A DNA stretch of 51,885 nucleotides from assembly GCA_038322655.1 (NCBI GenBank), contig JBBQGD010000003.1:1-51885 (forward strand). The letters run 5' to 3'. The notes beneath the pieces were generated by a model that was given only the letters and a program-made list of their open reading frames with translations, searched no databases and was not told where the DNA came from. Shown piece by piece: positions 17,945-28,831 of the stretch (position 1 is the stretch's first letter; each line of letters begins with the position of its first letter). The position numbers and the translations under genes are program-made. This DNA is from Bacteroidales bacterium (GTDB lineage Bacteria > Bacteroidota > Bacteroidia > Bacteroidales > UBA4417).

Positions 17945-17993
17945 TGGTTATTTTTTTTTTAATTGATGCATTACAATTCTATGTGATGGGTTT

Positions 17994-19607
17994 TTATTTT
18001 TTTGCAAATTCTTCCATTGCTTTTTGGAAAGTTTTGTCAGTCCTGAGGAAAATCGGGTAGAACCCTTTTGAATCGTAGAGGTTCCTGGCAATATAGCTTT
18101 TCATAATTTCGCTTATTTTCTGTTGCGACGATGCTGTTTCGGCTGGTGAATACTTAATACCGTTCTTTTCAGCATAAGCCAAGTATTCGCTGAACATATT
18201 GCTGCTGATATTAAACTGTTTGTCGAACTGGGAAGCAGTTTTAAATGAACTGAATTTTGCGCGGTTGCTGTCGGTATAATCGAAAGCAAATTGGTAAAGT
18301 ATTCCTTTATTTACCGATTCGTTGTAAAATTTCAATGCAGAATTTCGTTCAACAGGAACAAAGATATCAGGCATTATTCCGCCTCCGCCGTAAACAACTT
18401 TTCCTCCCGGTGTTGTATATTTAAGAGAATCATTTTGCTTAACACTATCAGCATTGTCGAGTTCACCATCTGTCATACGGTGATAATACTCCATATAATA
18501 TTCTTCGGAACCTTTTGTATAAGGTTTCTGAATACACCGACCGGTAGGTGTATAATAACGGGCAACGGTAAGTCTAATAGCCGACCCGTCGCTCAATCCA
18601 ACCTGTTCCTGCACTAGTCCTTTCCCGAATGAGCGTCTGCCGATGATCGTCCCACGGTCGTTATCCTGTAATGCACCGGCAACAATTTCACTTGCTGAAG
18701 CCGATCCTTCATCAATTAGTACAATAACAGGTAATTCTTCCCACAAACCACCGGAAGTCGATTTGGCAACCTGTTTCGGGCGGTGTAACCCCTGGGTATA
18801 AACTATCAGCTTATCATCCGGTAAAAATTCATCAGCTACGGCGATGGCTTCCTGGAGATAACCACCTGAATTTCCACGAAGGTCAAGTATAAGTTTACTT
18901 ACACCATTTGCTTTTAATTCCTTCAATGCTTCATGTAGTTCATCGGCAGTGGTGGCACTGAATTTACTGAGTTTTACATACCCAACAGTAGGATTAACGG
19001 CATATGAAATATCAATGCTCCATGTTGGTATTACTCCGCGTGTGATGGTAAAATCATTAAGTTTTTTCAATCCTCTTCTGAAAATGCTTACGGTTACCTT
19101 TGTATTCTTTGGCCCTTTCAGCAATTTCATGACCTCGTCATTCTCAATTTTAATGCTTGCAATATTTTTACCGTCAACTTTCACGATACGGTCGCCAGCT
19201 AATAAGCCTACTTTTTCAGATGGTCCACCGGGAATTGTATTTATCACCATTACCGAATCGCGTTCAATTCTGAATTGTATGCCGATCCCTTCGAAATTGC
19301 CCATCAGGGGGTCATTGGCATCAGCAAATTCAGACGCAGGTATATATACAGAATGTGGATCCAGGCTCAGTAACATGCCTGTTATAGCATCATCATGCAG
19401 TTTTTGGGGGTTGACACTATCCACATAATTCTTATCAATAAAACGGATCAGCTCATTAAGAGTGTTTTTTGTCTGAACTCCTTTTACCGGCAGATAGTTC
19501 TGAAGAAATGAACTACGCATCATGTAATATCCTGCAAGAATTCCGACTACAAGTACAAGCGAAAAGGCAATTGGCAAGTAGGTATTTGAACGACGATTAT
19601 TTTCCAT
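17994..19607 (-). CDS. ctpA: S41 carboxyl-terminal processing protease (CtpA/Prc-like)
   Basis: LDPHS, PDZ GIGI, LDLRGNSGG, SASASEI (catalytic Ser), FGKG (Lys); -7 box TACATTTG at 19662-19669. Confidence 0.93.
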   Translation of the reverse strand: MENNRRSNTYLPIAFSLVLVVGILAGYYMMRSSFLQNYLPVKGVQTKNTLNELIRFIDKNYVDSVNPQKLHDDAITGMLLSLDPHSVYIPASEFADANDPLMGNFEGIGIQFRIERDSVMVINTIPGGPSEKVGLLAGDRIVKVDGKNIASIKIENDEVMKLLKGPKNTKVTVSIFRRGLKKLNDFTITRGVIPTWSIDISYAVNPTVGYVKLSKFSATTADELHEALKELKANGVSKLILDLRGNSGGYLQEAIAVADEFLPDDKLIVYTQGLHRPKQVAKSTSGGLWEELPVIVLIDEGSASASEIVAGALQDNDRGTIIGRRSFGKGLVQEQVGLSDGSAIRLTVARYYTPTGRCIQKPYTKGSEEYYMEYYHRMTDGELDNADSVKQNDSLKYTTPGGKVVYGGGGIMPDIFVPVERNSALKFYNESVNKGILYQFAFDYTDSNRAKFSSFKTASQFDKQFNISSNMFSEYLAYAEKNGIKYSPAETASSQQKISEIMKSYIARNLYDSKGFYPIFLRTDKTFQKAMEEFAKK

Positions 19608-19778
19608 GTGTTGATATTGGATATTTTATTTTAAAGGATTTTAAGTTTTCCAATCAAACGGCAAATGTAGTAAGAAAGTATCTTAAGCAGTTGGACTGGA
19701 TGAGGGTTGAAGCGTGATCAGGATAAAGGCAACAAACCGAAACGCGAAAGTCATCCGGCTACATAAAATCGAACATTT

Positions 19779-20276
19779 TCACTTGCTATATTTCTCTGCT
19801 GCTTCTTTCATTGTATATGCGGACCAGTTCAGGAAGAGACGCTCCACTTTTTCGTGGTTGTAGCCTTTATCAAGCTCAAGGTATCCGCTGTCCTGTGTAT
19901 GAAGTACTTTACCGGTTCCATCCAGAATAACAAAAACCGGAAATCCAAACCTTTGCGGGTAGCCTAGGGTTGCTAAAATTTCATGGTTATCATTTTCCTT
20001 GCTGTAATTCACTTTTACGACTTCATAGTTAGCATGGATCAAGCTATCCAATTGTTTATCTTCGGTTATCATTTTATGAAATCTGACACACCATGGACAC
20101 CAGTTGCCACCAATTTGCAGGAAAACGTGTTTGCCTTCGGCAGAGGCTTTGGCAACAGCAGCGGCTACTTCTTTTTTTGCATTTGCATCCGGATTATAAA
20201 TATGAACGGCTTGTTGAGCCGATAAAGCCAGGCTCAGAAACCCGGTAAAGATTGTGATCAGGATTTGTTTTTTCAT
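19779..20276 (-). CDS. Exported thioredoxin-family protein
   Basis: Signal peptide, GGNWCPWC, GFPVFVILD. Confidence 0.9.
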   Translation of the reverse strand: MKKQILITIFTGFLSLALSAQQAVHIYNPDANAKKEVAAAVAKASAEGKHVFLQIGGNWCPWCVRFHKMITEDKQLDSLIHANYEVVKVNYSKENDNHEILATLGYPQRFGFPVFVILDGTGKVLHTQDSGYLELDKGYNHEKVERLFLNWSAYTMKEAAEKYSK

Positions 20277-20573
20277 AAATGGAATTGATATTCAGTGGTT
20301 AAATTTTTTTAATTGGATAAAATCAGTGCATCCTTATTTTTTAATTTATTGAAGGAGTATACATTCCTTTCTTTGTTTAGCAATTTAAAATTGATAAGCA
20401 ACACAATTAAATTCACTTGTTCATCAGGCATTTTGTGTTTCAAGCCAGGCTGTTATTAAATTGCAGTACATGTGGCACGCGGGTTTTAATTCATTTCGGA
20501 CTTCAATATTAACAGATTCACGGCAATAATGAACACTTCAGAATGCATATTTCCTGTTAAAAATTCACAAATG

Positions 20574-20581
20574 CAAAGGTA
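20574..20581 (-). promoter_or_regulatory. sigmaA -7 box about 300 nt upstream of thioredoxin gene
   Basis: TACCTTTG followed by CA on the minus strand. Confidence 0.55.
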
Positions 20582-20666
20582 TGAACTCCTGATATGTAAA
20601 AAGGGTTTATTGGTTTTTCTATTTTTGTCTTCTGAAGATTTATTGAATTCTTAAATACAGGAAGCT

Positions 20667-21398
20667 TTGAATTTAGTAATTGATACCGGTAATACACTCA
20701 CCAAACTCGCCCTTTTTCAGGGAAGGGAGATGATTGCATTTTCAAGCTTTGCGGGCATCGATTCGAAAAATATCATACAGTTTTGTGAGGCTAATTCACT
20801 CATAAAAAATGCAATACTTTCCACGGTAAAGGAATACCCTCCCGAAATCGATTTGTACATCAGCCAACATTACAACACGGTTTTGTTCGATCATACAATA
20901 CCTGTTCCGGTAATTAATAAATACGGTACTTCCGAAACCCTGGGCAAGGACAGGCTTGCGGGTGTGGTTGGAGCGAAACAATTAATGCCTGCCAACGATA
21001 TTCTGGTTATTGATGCCGGCACTGCCATTACGTATGACTTTATTACTGCTGCGGGTGAATATAAGGGTGGAGCTATTTCCCCGGGAATAGCCATGCGATA
21101 CAAAGCTTTGCACACTTTTACCGGCCGCTTGCCTTTACTCGATTATTATGATAATGCACAATTAATTGGAGATGATACCTCAACATGCATCCATTCAGGT
21201 GTATTAAACGGTACAGTTGCCGAAATTGAAGGCATCATTCAGCAATATCAGGACTTATATCCCTGGCTTAAAATCATTCTGACCGGCGGTGATCATAATT
21301 ATTTTGATAAAAGATTAAAAATTAAGACCTTTGCAGCCCCCTACCTGGTTCTGGAGGGCTTAAACCTAATACTAGATTTCTACATTGAAACACATTAA
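20667..21398 (+). CDS. coaX: Type III pantothenate kinase
   Basis: LVIDTGNTLTK, LGKDR, VIDAGTAITYD, GGAISPG, LTGGD; TTG start. Confidence 0.96.
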   Translation: MNLVIDTGNTLTKLALFQGREMIAFSSFAGIDSKNIIQFCEANSLIKNAILSTVKEYPPEIDLYISQHYNTVLFDHTIPVPVINKYGTSETLGKDRLAGVVGAKQLMPANDILVIDAGTAITYDFITAAGEYKGGAISPGIAMRYKALHTFTGRLPLLDYYDNAQLIGDDTSTCIHSGVLNGTVAEIEGIIQQYQDLYPWLKIILTGGDHNYFDKRLKIKTFAAPYLVLEGLNLILDFYIETH

Positions 21399-22674
21399 AG
21401 TTATTCGTAAGCTTATCCTGGCTGTAGCCTTTTGTTCCTTTGCTTTTATTGCAACAGCACAGGTAAAGATTTCATCTCCTTATTCTCTTTTTGGGATTGG
21501 CAATTTGTATGGCATAAGCAGCCAGATGAATATGGCAATCGGAGGAGCATCAACAGCTTTCAGCAGTCCGTTTTTTATCAATCCTGCTAATCCCGCTTCG
21601 TATATAGCGTTCGATTCCAACAGTTTTGTATTTGATGCTGCTTTAAATCTTCGCTCAGGAACTTTGAAAACGGTTGATCAATCACAAAAAACCAGGTTTG
21701 GTACACTTTCAAACCTTTATTTTGGCTTCCCGGTTACCAAATGGTGGAGAGCCAGCCTGGGTCTCATGCCTTATTCAAATGTAGGATATGAGATAGATGA
21801 TAATCAGAATGTTGCAAATGTTGGCAATATTTTAACAAAATACAGTGGATACGGCGGGCTCAACAAAGCATATTTCGGAAGTGCATTTTCGCCGGTTAAA
21901 AATTTATCTGTAGGCGTAAATATGACATACATTTTTGGGAATATTGTTAAAGAGCGTGCCCGCACTTTTCCCGATTCGGCGTATTTTATTAATTCAATGG
22001 CAAGGAGTACTGCAAGGCTGAATAAAGTAAACTTTGATATGGGCCTGATGTATCGTATTCAAATGAAAGAAGGACGGTTTCTTCAGATAGGTCTTACGTA
22101 TAACCCAAGCCAAAAACTTGACGGACATTCAGAATTGATTTCATATTCGTATATTTATGATTATACGACTAATCTTGAAAAAGTTAAAGATACAGGAAGT
22201 TACGTAACTGGTGAAAATGGTATAGTAATATTGCCTACGGCATTTGGAGCAGGAATTATGATTGGAAGCAGTAACCGGTGGTTAGTAACTGCTGATGTTA
22301 ACTGGCAGAAATGGAGCCAGTTCAGGTATCTGGGAAACAATCCCGGTTTAAAAGATAACCTTCGGGTTTCGTTAGGCGGTCAGTTCCGTCCATCCCCGAT
22401 TGATATGGGGAAATACTACGAACGTATTAATTACAGGGCCGGCATCAGGTTCGAGCAAAGTTACCTTGTAATCAGGGAAACACGTATTAATGACTTTGGC
22501 ATAAGTTTTGGAGTAGGATTACCTATGAAAAAGACGAGATCAACAATGAATATTGCTGTTGAAATTGGCTCACAAGGAACCACTCAAAAAAATCTGATTA
22601 AGGAAAACTATGTGAGGTTCACCCTTGGAACCGCTTTACAGGAGCGCTGGTTCCTGAAACGGAAGTTTAACTAA
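21385..22674 (+). CDS. Outer-membrane beta-barrel protein (FadL-like, conserved next to coaX in Bacteroidota)
   Basis: Signal peptide, SSPYSLFGIG, NPANPASY, C-terminal ERWFLKRKFN. Confidence 0.85.
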   Translation: MKHIKVIRKLILAVAFCSFAFIATAQVKISSPYSLFGIGNLYGISSQMNMAIGGASTAFSSPFFINPANPASYIAFDSNSFVFDAALNLRSGTLKTVDQSQKTRFGTLSNLYFGFPVTKWWRASLGLMPYSNVGYEIDDNQNVANVGNILTKYSGYGGLNKAYFGSAFSPVKNLSVGVNMTYIFGNIVKERARTFPDSAYFINSMARSTARLNKVNFDMGLMYRIQMKEGRFLQIGLTYNPSQKLDGHSELISYSYIYDYTTNLEKVKDTGSYVTGENGIVILPTAFGAGIMIGSSNRWLVTADVNWQKWSQFRYLGNNPGLKDNLRVSLGGQFRPSPIDMGKYYERINYRAGIRFEQSYLVIRETRINDFGISFGVGLPMKKTRSTMNIAVEIGSQGTTQKNLIKENYVRFTLGTALQERWFLKRKFN

Positions 22675-22681
22675 AAGGATT

Positions 22682-24046
22682 ATGAATTTTCAAGATTTCA
22701 TTAAAATGAAAAATAGTAGAATTTTATTGGTATTAATTGCAATATTAGCTTTTTCGGCCACTCCTGTTTCAGCCCAGAAAACCATGAAGAAATTCGGAGA
22801 CGACAGCATTTCATGTATTACACATACCTCTCTTTACCGTGAGTTTTATAAACAAAAAAACTATACTGATGCACTTCCGCATTGGAGATGGGTTTTCAAT
22901 AATTGCCCATTGGTAAGCCAGAATCTGTATATTGACGGTGTTAAGATGATGTCGGCCAAAATTAATGATGCCAAGGACCTGAATACACGCAATGCATATA
23001 TTGATACCTTATTAATGGTGTATGAACAACGTATTAAATATTTTGGCGATACCCCCACCAGCAGAGAAGGAATGGTATTAGGCAGGGAGGCAATTGAACT
23101 TGAGATTTACAGGCCATCTGATACATTGAAAATTTATGAGTATTTACGCAAGTCTGTTGAAAAAGAGGGACTTGATAGTGAACCTATAGTTGTTTCCAGG
23201 TATTTCATTAACGTTAGTAACATGGTTGCCAAAAAGCGTTTTCCATCAGATTCAATTGCTGAAGTTTACGACAGGTTAAGCAACCTGGTTGATCAAAAAC
23301 TTGAAATTATCAAAAATGATGCTGTTGAAGTTAACCAGTGGAAAGAAGTAAAAACATTGCTCGAGTCGCAGTTTGAGCCCTATGCCACCTGCGATGAGAT
23401 CGAAAAAATATATACACGGAAATTTGAAAAGTCACCAAACGATACAGTACTGCTAAAGAAAATTACCCGCTTACTCGACAGAAAAGACTGTACCGACAGA
23501 GACCTGTTTTTCCAGGCAACCGAAAATTTACACAAAGCCAGGCCTACCGGCCAATCGGCATACCTGATGGGCAAGTTGAGCCTGGTTAAAGGCGATCCAG
23601 GTAAAGCAGAAAGTTATTTTATTGAAGCAATCCCTAACCTGGATGATCCTTTGAAAGCAAAAACATGTTTTTACCTGGCAAAGATTGATTACGATCAGAA
23701 ACGTTACAGCGAAGCCCGTTCGTATGCATTGAAATCACTTGCCATTAAACCTGACAACGGCATCTGCTATATGCTTATAGGAAATATGTACGCTGCAACT
23801 GCTGCATCATGTGGAGGTTCTGACGAAATTGCTTCACGTGCCGGGTATTGGGCCGCAGTAGATAAATTTATTAAGGCCCGCACTGTTGATTCTTCGGTGG
23901 CCGATGAAGCTAACAACGCTATTGCAGTATATTCTGCATACTTCCCAACCCGTGAGCGTTTATTCTTCAACGATATAAAAGAAGGAAGCAGTTATAATGT
24001 TGGATGCTGGATTGGTGAAACTACCACCGTCAGGGCTTCACATTAA
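22682..24046 (+). CDS. Exported TPR-repeat protein
   Basis: Signal peptide (start may be 22706), SLYREFYKQKNY, TPR-like helices, C-terminal VGCWIGETT. Confidence 0.85.
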   Translation: MNFQDFIKMKNSRILLVLIAILAFSATPVSAQKTMKKFGDDSISCITHTSLYREFYKQKNYTDALPHWRWVFNNCPLVSQNLYIDGVKMMSAKINDAKDLNTRNAYIDTLLMVYEQRIKYFGDTPTSREGMVLGREAIELEIYRPSDTLKIYEYLRKSVEKEGLDSEPIVVSRYFINVSNMVAKKRFPSDSIAEVYDRLSNLVDQKLEIIKNDAVEVNQWKEVKTLLESQFEPYATCDEIEKIYTRKFEKSPNDTVLLKKITRLLDRKDCTDRDLFFQATENLHKARPTGQSAYLMGKLSLVKGDPGKAESYFIEAIPNLDDPLKAKTCFYLAKIDYDQKRYSEARSYALKSLAIKPDNGICYMLIGNMYAATAASCGGSDEIASRAGYWAAVDKFIKARTVDSSVADEANNAIAVYSAYFPTRERLFFNDIKEGSSYNVGCWIGETTTVRASH

Positions 24047-24065
24047 AACGTATCAACATATTACT

Positions 24066-24650
24066 ATGATCAGGAACTGGTTAACAGTATTTAATTCCGG
24101 AATGATATTCAGCATTGTTGTCCTGCTCCTGGCAACAATGCTTTTTTCATGCGAAAATGATATGATGACGGTAGTTAAGCTTTCGTCAAAGGACTCAATC
24201 CCTGATGTTGCCATTACAAACGTGCATGTGATGCAAAGTGAAATGGGTAAGATTACCCTTGAACTTACAGCACCCCGAATGATCAGTTTTCAAAAACAGG
24301 AAGCATACACTGAATTTCCTAATGGTCTTAAAATTGTATTTTTTGACTCCATTATGCAACCAAAAAGCGAAATTACAGCCAATTACGGTATCAGCTACGA
24401 AAACAAACGAACCATGGAAGCCCGAGGCAATGTGGTAGTTCGTAATTTTCAGAAACAGCAACAACTCAATACCGAAAGCCTGCTTTACGATATGAATGCA
24501 AAAAAAGTGTCGACCACGGAATTTGTAAAAATTACAGAACCCGATCGTATCACAATGGGAAAAGGAATGGAGTCGGATGAGCTTTTCACTAACTGGTCCA
24601 TCAAGAATGTTACCAGCACTATTTATGTGGATGAGAATAAGCAGAAGTAA
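24066..24650 (+). CDS. lptC: LPS export periplasmic protein LptC
   Basis: Lipobox LFSC, EFPNGLKIVFFD, ARGNVVV, LNTESLLYD, GKGMESD; conserved context. Confidence 0.85.
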   Translation: MIRNWLTVFNSGMIFSIVVLLLATMLFSCENDMMTVVKLSSKDSIPDVAITNVHVMQSEMGKITLELTAPRMISFQKQEAYTEFPNGLKIVFFDSIMQPKSEITANYGISYENKRTMEARGNVVVRNFQKQQQLNTESLLYDMNAKKVSTTEFVKITEPDRITMGKGMESDELFTNWSIKNVTSTIYVDENKQK

Positions 24651-24775
24651 CCCGGAGCTTAAGCATGCTCGTTTTTTAGGCATAATTTCATCAAAAAATC
24701 AAACATTAGTTTAAATTTGCTTATTCTCTCATTTAAAACATTTTCCTTGCTGATATTTTTTATTGCTGAAACCCG

Positions 24776-26041
24776 ATGAACAATTTTGTGATTATTGCTA
24801 TTACACTGGTACTTTCCGCCTTTTTCTCAGGAATGGAAATTGCATTTGTAAGCTCTAATAAGCTCCGTATTGAACTTGAAAAAGGCAAAGGACTATTTTC
24901 AGCAAGGCTGGTATCCGGGTTTGTGCGTCATCCTTCACGGTTTATCGGTGCTATGCTTGTTGGTAATAATATTTCACTTGTTATCTATGGTATTTCAGCT
25001 GCTGCTATTCTGGGACCTGTTTTAAAAAACTCGCTTCCGGATACGTTGGCTACAGAAAGTATGATCCTGGTTTTTCAAACCATTATTTCTACTTTATTGA
25101 TATTGATAACTGCTGAATTTTTACCAAAAATTCTTTTCCGGCTTAACCCAAACGGGGTTCTGAATTTCTTTGCTGTTCCTGTTTACCTGGTTTACTTGTT
25201 GCTTTTCCCATTCATGTATTTTTTTCTTGGATTGTCCGAGATAATTCTCAGGTATATTTTCGGGCTGAAATCGGGAACGGTCAGGTATCATTTCACGGCT
25301 ATTGATTTTGATGAATATATACGCGATTTTTATAGTCCGGCGGCCGCCCAGGTTGATGAAGCCAGCGAAATGCAGATGATTCAGAATGTACGCGACTTTC
25401 ATTCAACCAAAGTCCGCGAGTGCATGGTGCCACGTAACGAAATAATTGCTGTCGACGATAGTACTGAAATTGAAGAACTCCACAACCTGTTTATCGAAAC
25501 GCAACATTCAAAAATTCCGGTTTATAAAGATAGTATTGATAACCTGACAGGATATGTACATTTGTTTGACCTTTTTGGTAAGCCGGTAAATATAAAATCG
25601 GTTGTACGCAGTGTTATCATTGTTCCTGAAACTATTGCTGCCAGTAATGTACTCGATATGATGATCAACCAACGTAAAAGCGTGGCCGTTGTGGTGGACG
25701 AATTTGGCGGCACGGCGGGAATGGTTACGGTTGAAGATTTGATTGAAGAAATATTCGGAGAAATCGAAGATGAATTTGACGTTGATGAACAGCACATAAA
25801 GCAAAACAGTTCCAACGAATTTATTGTCGCCGGCCGCCTCGAAATTGATTACCTCAACCAGGAATATTCATTAAACCTGCCCCAGTCGGATGAGTACGAA
25901 ACCCTTGCCGGACTTATTCTTAACCATCACCAGAGCATACCGCAAATCCGCGAACAGATTCAGATTGACAGGTTTACATTTACAATTCTTGAAGCCTCAG
26001 GTAGCAGGATTGATAAAGTGCTCTTGAAAATTGAAGGGTAA
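24776..26041 (+). CDS. HlyC/CorC (CNNM + CBS pair) family protein
   Basis: SAFFSGMEIAF, AEFLPK, MVPR, VVDEFGGTAGMVTVEDLIEEIFGEIEDEFD; -7 box TAAATTTG at 24712-24719. Confidence 0.93.
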   Translation: MNNFVIIAITLVLSAFFSGMEIAFVSSNKLRIELEKGKGLFSARLVSGFVRHPSRFIGAMLVGNNISLVIYGISAAAILGPVLKNSLPDTLATESMILVFQTIISTLLILITAEFLPKILFRLNPNGVLNFFAVPVYLVYLLLFPFMYFFLGLSEIILRYIFGLKSGTVRYHFTAIDFDEYIRDFYSPAAAQVDEASEMQMIQNVRDFHSTKVRECMVPRNEIIAVDDSTEIEELHNLFIETQHSKIPVYKDSIDNLTGYVHLFDLFGKPVNIKSVVRSVIIVPETIAASNVLDMMINQRKSVAVVVDEFGGTAGMVTVEDLIEEIFGEIEDEFDVDEQHIKQNSSNEFIVAGRLEIDYLNQEYSLNLPQSDEYETLAGLILNHHQSIPQIREQIQIDRFTFTILEASGSRIDKVLLKIEG

Positions 26042-26110
26042 AAGGAAGTAAAAAGTGCGGTCCATAATGCCCAGGATACTTCCTCTGACCTTCTTGCCGT
26101 TATATTTTAT

Positions 26111-26137
26111 ACCTTACTCCATTACTCCTTACTCCTG
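26111..26137. repeat. Short octamer array (C[C/A]TTACTC x3)
   Basis: CCTTACTC CATTACTC CTTACTCC, followed by a small CTCAGTT/AACTGAG hairpin at 26143-26163. Confidence 0.55.
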
Positions 26138-26375
26138 TCCTTCTCAGTTATACAGAAACTGAGTACTATCTCCATTACCACGACTATACTTTTCAGTTTT
26201 ATCTTCATACTTTTTTTATGGATATATGCATTACGGTGAACGTAATCCTTAATGGTTTCATTTATAAATGCTTTCATTTTCCAAATCCTTCATAAGAATG
26301 AAAAAATATTTTTCCAAGTGAGGAATTATTGTAAATTTGCACCTCTTTTTACGAAATCTATTAAATTAATTACAG

Positions 26376-28499
26376 ATGGCAATTATTGGCGAAATACGAA
26401 AACATTACTGGTTACTTGTAGCTATTATTGGTGTTGCACTTTTACTTTTTGTGCTAAGCGATTTCCAACGCAAGAAAGGCAAACAATCCAATACAATAGG
26501 CGTTGTTGCAGGTGATAAAATTTCGATTACTGAATTCAACAGGAGAGTAGACGAAAACAGCGAAATGCAGAAGGCTAACAGTGGTAAGGAAAATCTTACG
26601 GCTGAAGAAAATTATCAGATTCGTCAGCAAACCTGGCAGCAGATGGTAAATGAAATTGTAATGTCCAGGCAATATGAAATGCTTGGTGTTGCAGTTCCTG
26701 TAGAAGAACTGGATGACCTTATCAGGGGGAAAAATCCGCATCAGGTAATAGTTCAGAGTTTCACCAATCGCGAAACCGGCCAGTTCGACCAGAAAGCTGT
26801 TAATACCTTTCTTCAAAACCTCGACAATCCTGAAATGGTAACTCCTGAAAATAAACAGCGTTACCTGCAGATGGAAAAATACATTAAAAGCGACAGGCAA
26901 TCAACAAAATACAACGATTTGATTACCAAAGCTTTTTATGTGCCAACAGCTTTTGCAAAACGCAACTATGATGAGTCAAACACTATGGCCCAGGTGCGGA
27001 TTACAGGTATACCTTATCAAACAGTAAGCGATAGCACTGTTAAAGTTACAGATGCCGATTACGAAAAATATTACACTGAGAACAAGTATAAATACACACA
27101 GGATAAACCTGTTCGTGATTTAGATTATGTATTGTTCGAACCCAAAATGTCGGCAGAAGACTTGGCTCTCCTGAAATCAAACATTCAAAAAGCATACGAT
27201 GAGTTTTTAGTTGCAACTGACATTCCTGGTTTTGTAAATTCAACCTCCGATAACCGTTACGACAGCACCTGGCATAAACGTGGCACTTTCGCCCCGAATA
27301 TCGATTCAATGCTTTTCAGTGATCCGATTGGTCAGGTTACTCAACCTGTTGAAGATAATGGTATGTACAGGATATTTAAGATTGTAGATCGTCAGTCGAA
27401 ACCTGATTCACTCAGGGCAAGTCACATTCTTATATCGTATGCAGGTACACCAATTCAAACCGCCACCCGTACCCGCGAAGCAGCTGATAAATTAGCTGAT
27501 AGTGTTTTAAATGTGGTACAGAAGAATCCGGCAGCATTCGATGGTATTGCCGGCACGCTAAGCGATGACCAGACTGCTAAAGCAAAACTTGGTGATCTGG
27601 GTTGGTTTGCTGATGGAGCTATGGTCCCCGAATTTAACGAAGCAGTTATGAATGGCTCAGTTGGTGATATTGTAAAAGTAGAAACACAATTTGGATATCA
27701 TATCATAAAAATTACCGGCAAGAAAGATCCTTCAGTAAAAGTTAAGGTTGCCAGTGTTGATTTCCGCATGGAACCAGGTTCCAAAACTATTGAAGCCGTA
27801 TACAACGAAGCCAGTAATTTTGCCGCTACCAACAACACGTTGGAGAAATTTGAAAAAGTTGTTAAGGATAAGGGGATGAATTTACGTAATGCACCAAAAC
27901 TTTCGGAAAGCGACAATACAATTCCCGGTCTGAAAGCTGCCCGTGAAGTAGTGCGCTGGTCGTTCAACAAAGATACCGAAAAAGATGCTGTTTCAAATGT
28001 ATTTGATATCGAAGGAACTTATGTGGTTGCAGCGCTGAAAAATAAAATTGAAAAAGGAATTATTCCGCTCGACGTGTTAAAGGACCAGATAAAACCACTT
28101 GTAATTCGCGAAAAAAAAGCGGAATATCTTTTACAAAAGATTAACGAGCAGTTTGCAAAAGCCAAAGATCTGAATACACTTGTTCAGATGTTCCCTAACA
28201 CCCGCATCGATACTGTGGATGTGTCTTTTGCAAGTGCTAATATACCTAACTATGGACACGAAGCTAAAGTAACCGGACTGATTTTCTCGGCAAAGAAAAC
28301 CGTAGTAACAGGTCCTGTTCAAGGTGATCAGGGAGTTTATTCATTTGTTCTTGATAATATGAAGGAACCTCCTGTAACTGCCGATTTCGCAAATCAGAAA
28401 AGGCAGATGGCAATGTATTTCCAAAGCCGCGCCGGAATGGTTTCGAATATCCTCCAGGAAAAAGCTGATATCTCCGACAACCGGTTAATATTCTATTAA
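26376..28499 (+). CDS. PpiD/SurA-like peptidyl-prolyl isomerase
   Basis: N-terminal TM, SurA-N region, parvulin motifs RASHILI, GDLGWF, MVPEF, ETQFGYHII; -7 box TAAATTTG at 26332-26339. Confidence 0.92.
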   Translation: MAIIGEIRKHYWLLVAIIGVALLLFVLSDFQRKKGKQSNTIGVVAGDKISITEFNRRVDENSEMQKANSGKENLTAEENYQIRQQTWQQMVNEIVMSRQYEMLGVAVPVEELDDLIRGKNPHQVIVQSFTNRETGQFDQKAVNTFLQNLDNPEMVTPENKQRYLQMEKYIKSDRQSTKYNDLITKAFYVPTAFAKRNYDESNTMAQVRITGIPYQTVSDSTVKVTDADYEKYYTENKYKYTQDKPVRDLDYVLFEPKMSAEDLALLKSNIQKAYDEFLVATDIPGFVNSTSDNRYDSTWHKRGTFAPNIDSMLFSDPIGQVTQPVEDNGMYRIFKIVDRQSKPDSLRASHILISYAGTPIQTATRTREAADKLADSVLNVVQKNPAAFDGIAGTLSDDQTAKAKLGDLGWFADGAMVPEFNEAVMNGSVGDIVKVETQFGYHIIKITGKKDPSVKVKVASVDFRMEPGSKTIEAVYNEASNFAATNNTLEKFEKVVKDKGMNLRNAPKLSESDNTIPGLKAAREVVRWSFNKDTEKDAVSNVFDIEGTYVVAALKNKIEKGIIPLDVLKDQIKPLVIREKKAEYLLQKINEQFAKAKDLNTLVQMFPNTRIDTVDVSFASANIPNYGHEAKVTGLIFSAKKTVVTGPVQGDQGVYSFVLDNMKEPPVTADFANQKRQMAMYFQSRAGMVSNILQEKADISDNRLIFY

Positions 28500-28524
28500 T
28501 CGGTCAATAAACATTCGTATAAAG

Positions 28525-28555
28525 AAACCGCCTTCGTAAAGGGGCGGTTTTTTTA
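28525..28555 (+). terminator. Intrinsic terminator after PPIase gene
   Basis: AAACCGCCTT-cgtaaa-GGGGCGGTTT followed by TTTT. Confidence 0.85.
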
Positions 28556-28737
28556 TGTCCTGGGATATTGAATTCTGATACAAACAGAAAAGCTAAAGAA
28601 TATACTTTGGATTGAAACGTAGAGCTTGAAAATACTGGTATAACTATTCTACATTTCAAAGACAGCTGTGATGTAATCAGTCTGACAAAAGTGATAGCAA
28701 TGATGGCAGTAAACCAGATCAAATAAAGAGCTCAACT

Positions 28738-28783
28738 ATAAAGGAGAGGGTGAGGTGGTTTTAGTCCTCAACCCTCTTTTTAT
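28738..28783 (+). terminator. Second hairpin with U-tract on plus strand (may also serve rodA)
   Basis: AGAGGG-TGAGG / CCTCA-A-CCCTCT followed by TTTT. Confidence 0.65.
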
Positions 28784-28831
28784 GAGGACAAGATGAAGTG
28801 CCAAAAAGGAGAATACAGAGTAAACTGCAAC

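Noticed and set aside
26252-26515. 87-aa ORF overlapping the PPIase start
   Set aside because: Crosses the PPIase promoter box and overlaps the real gene out of frame.
28504-28722. 72-aa minus-strand ORF
   Set aside because: Reads through a terminator hairpin (KKTAPLRRRF is typical terminator translation) and has a weak start.
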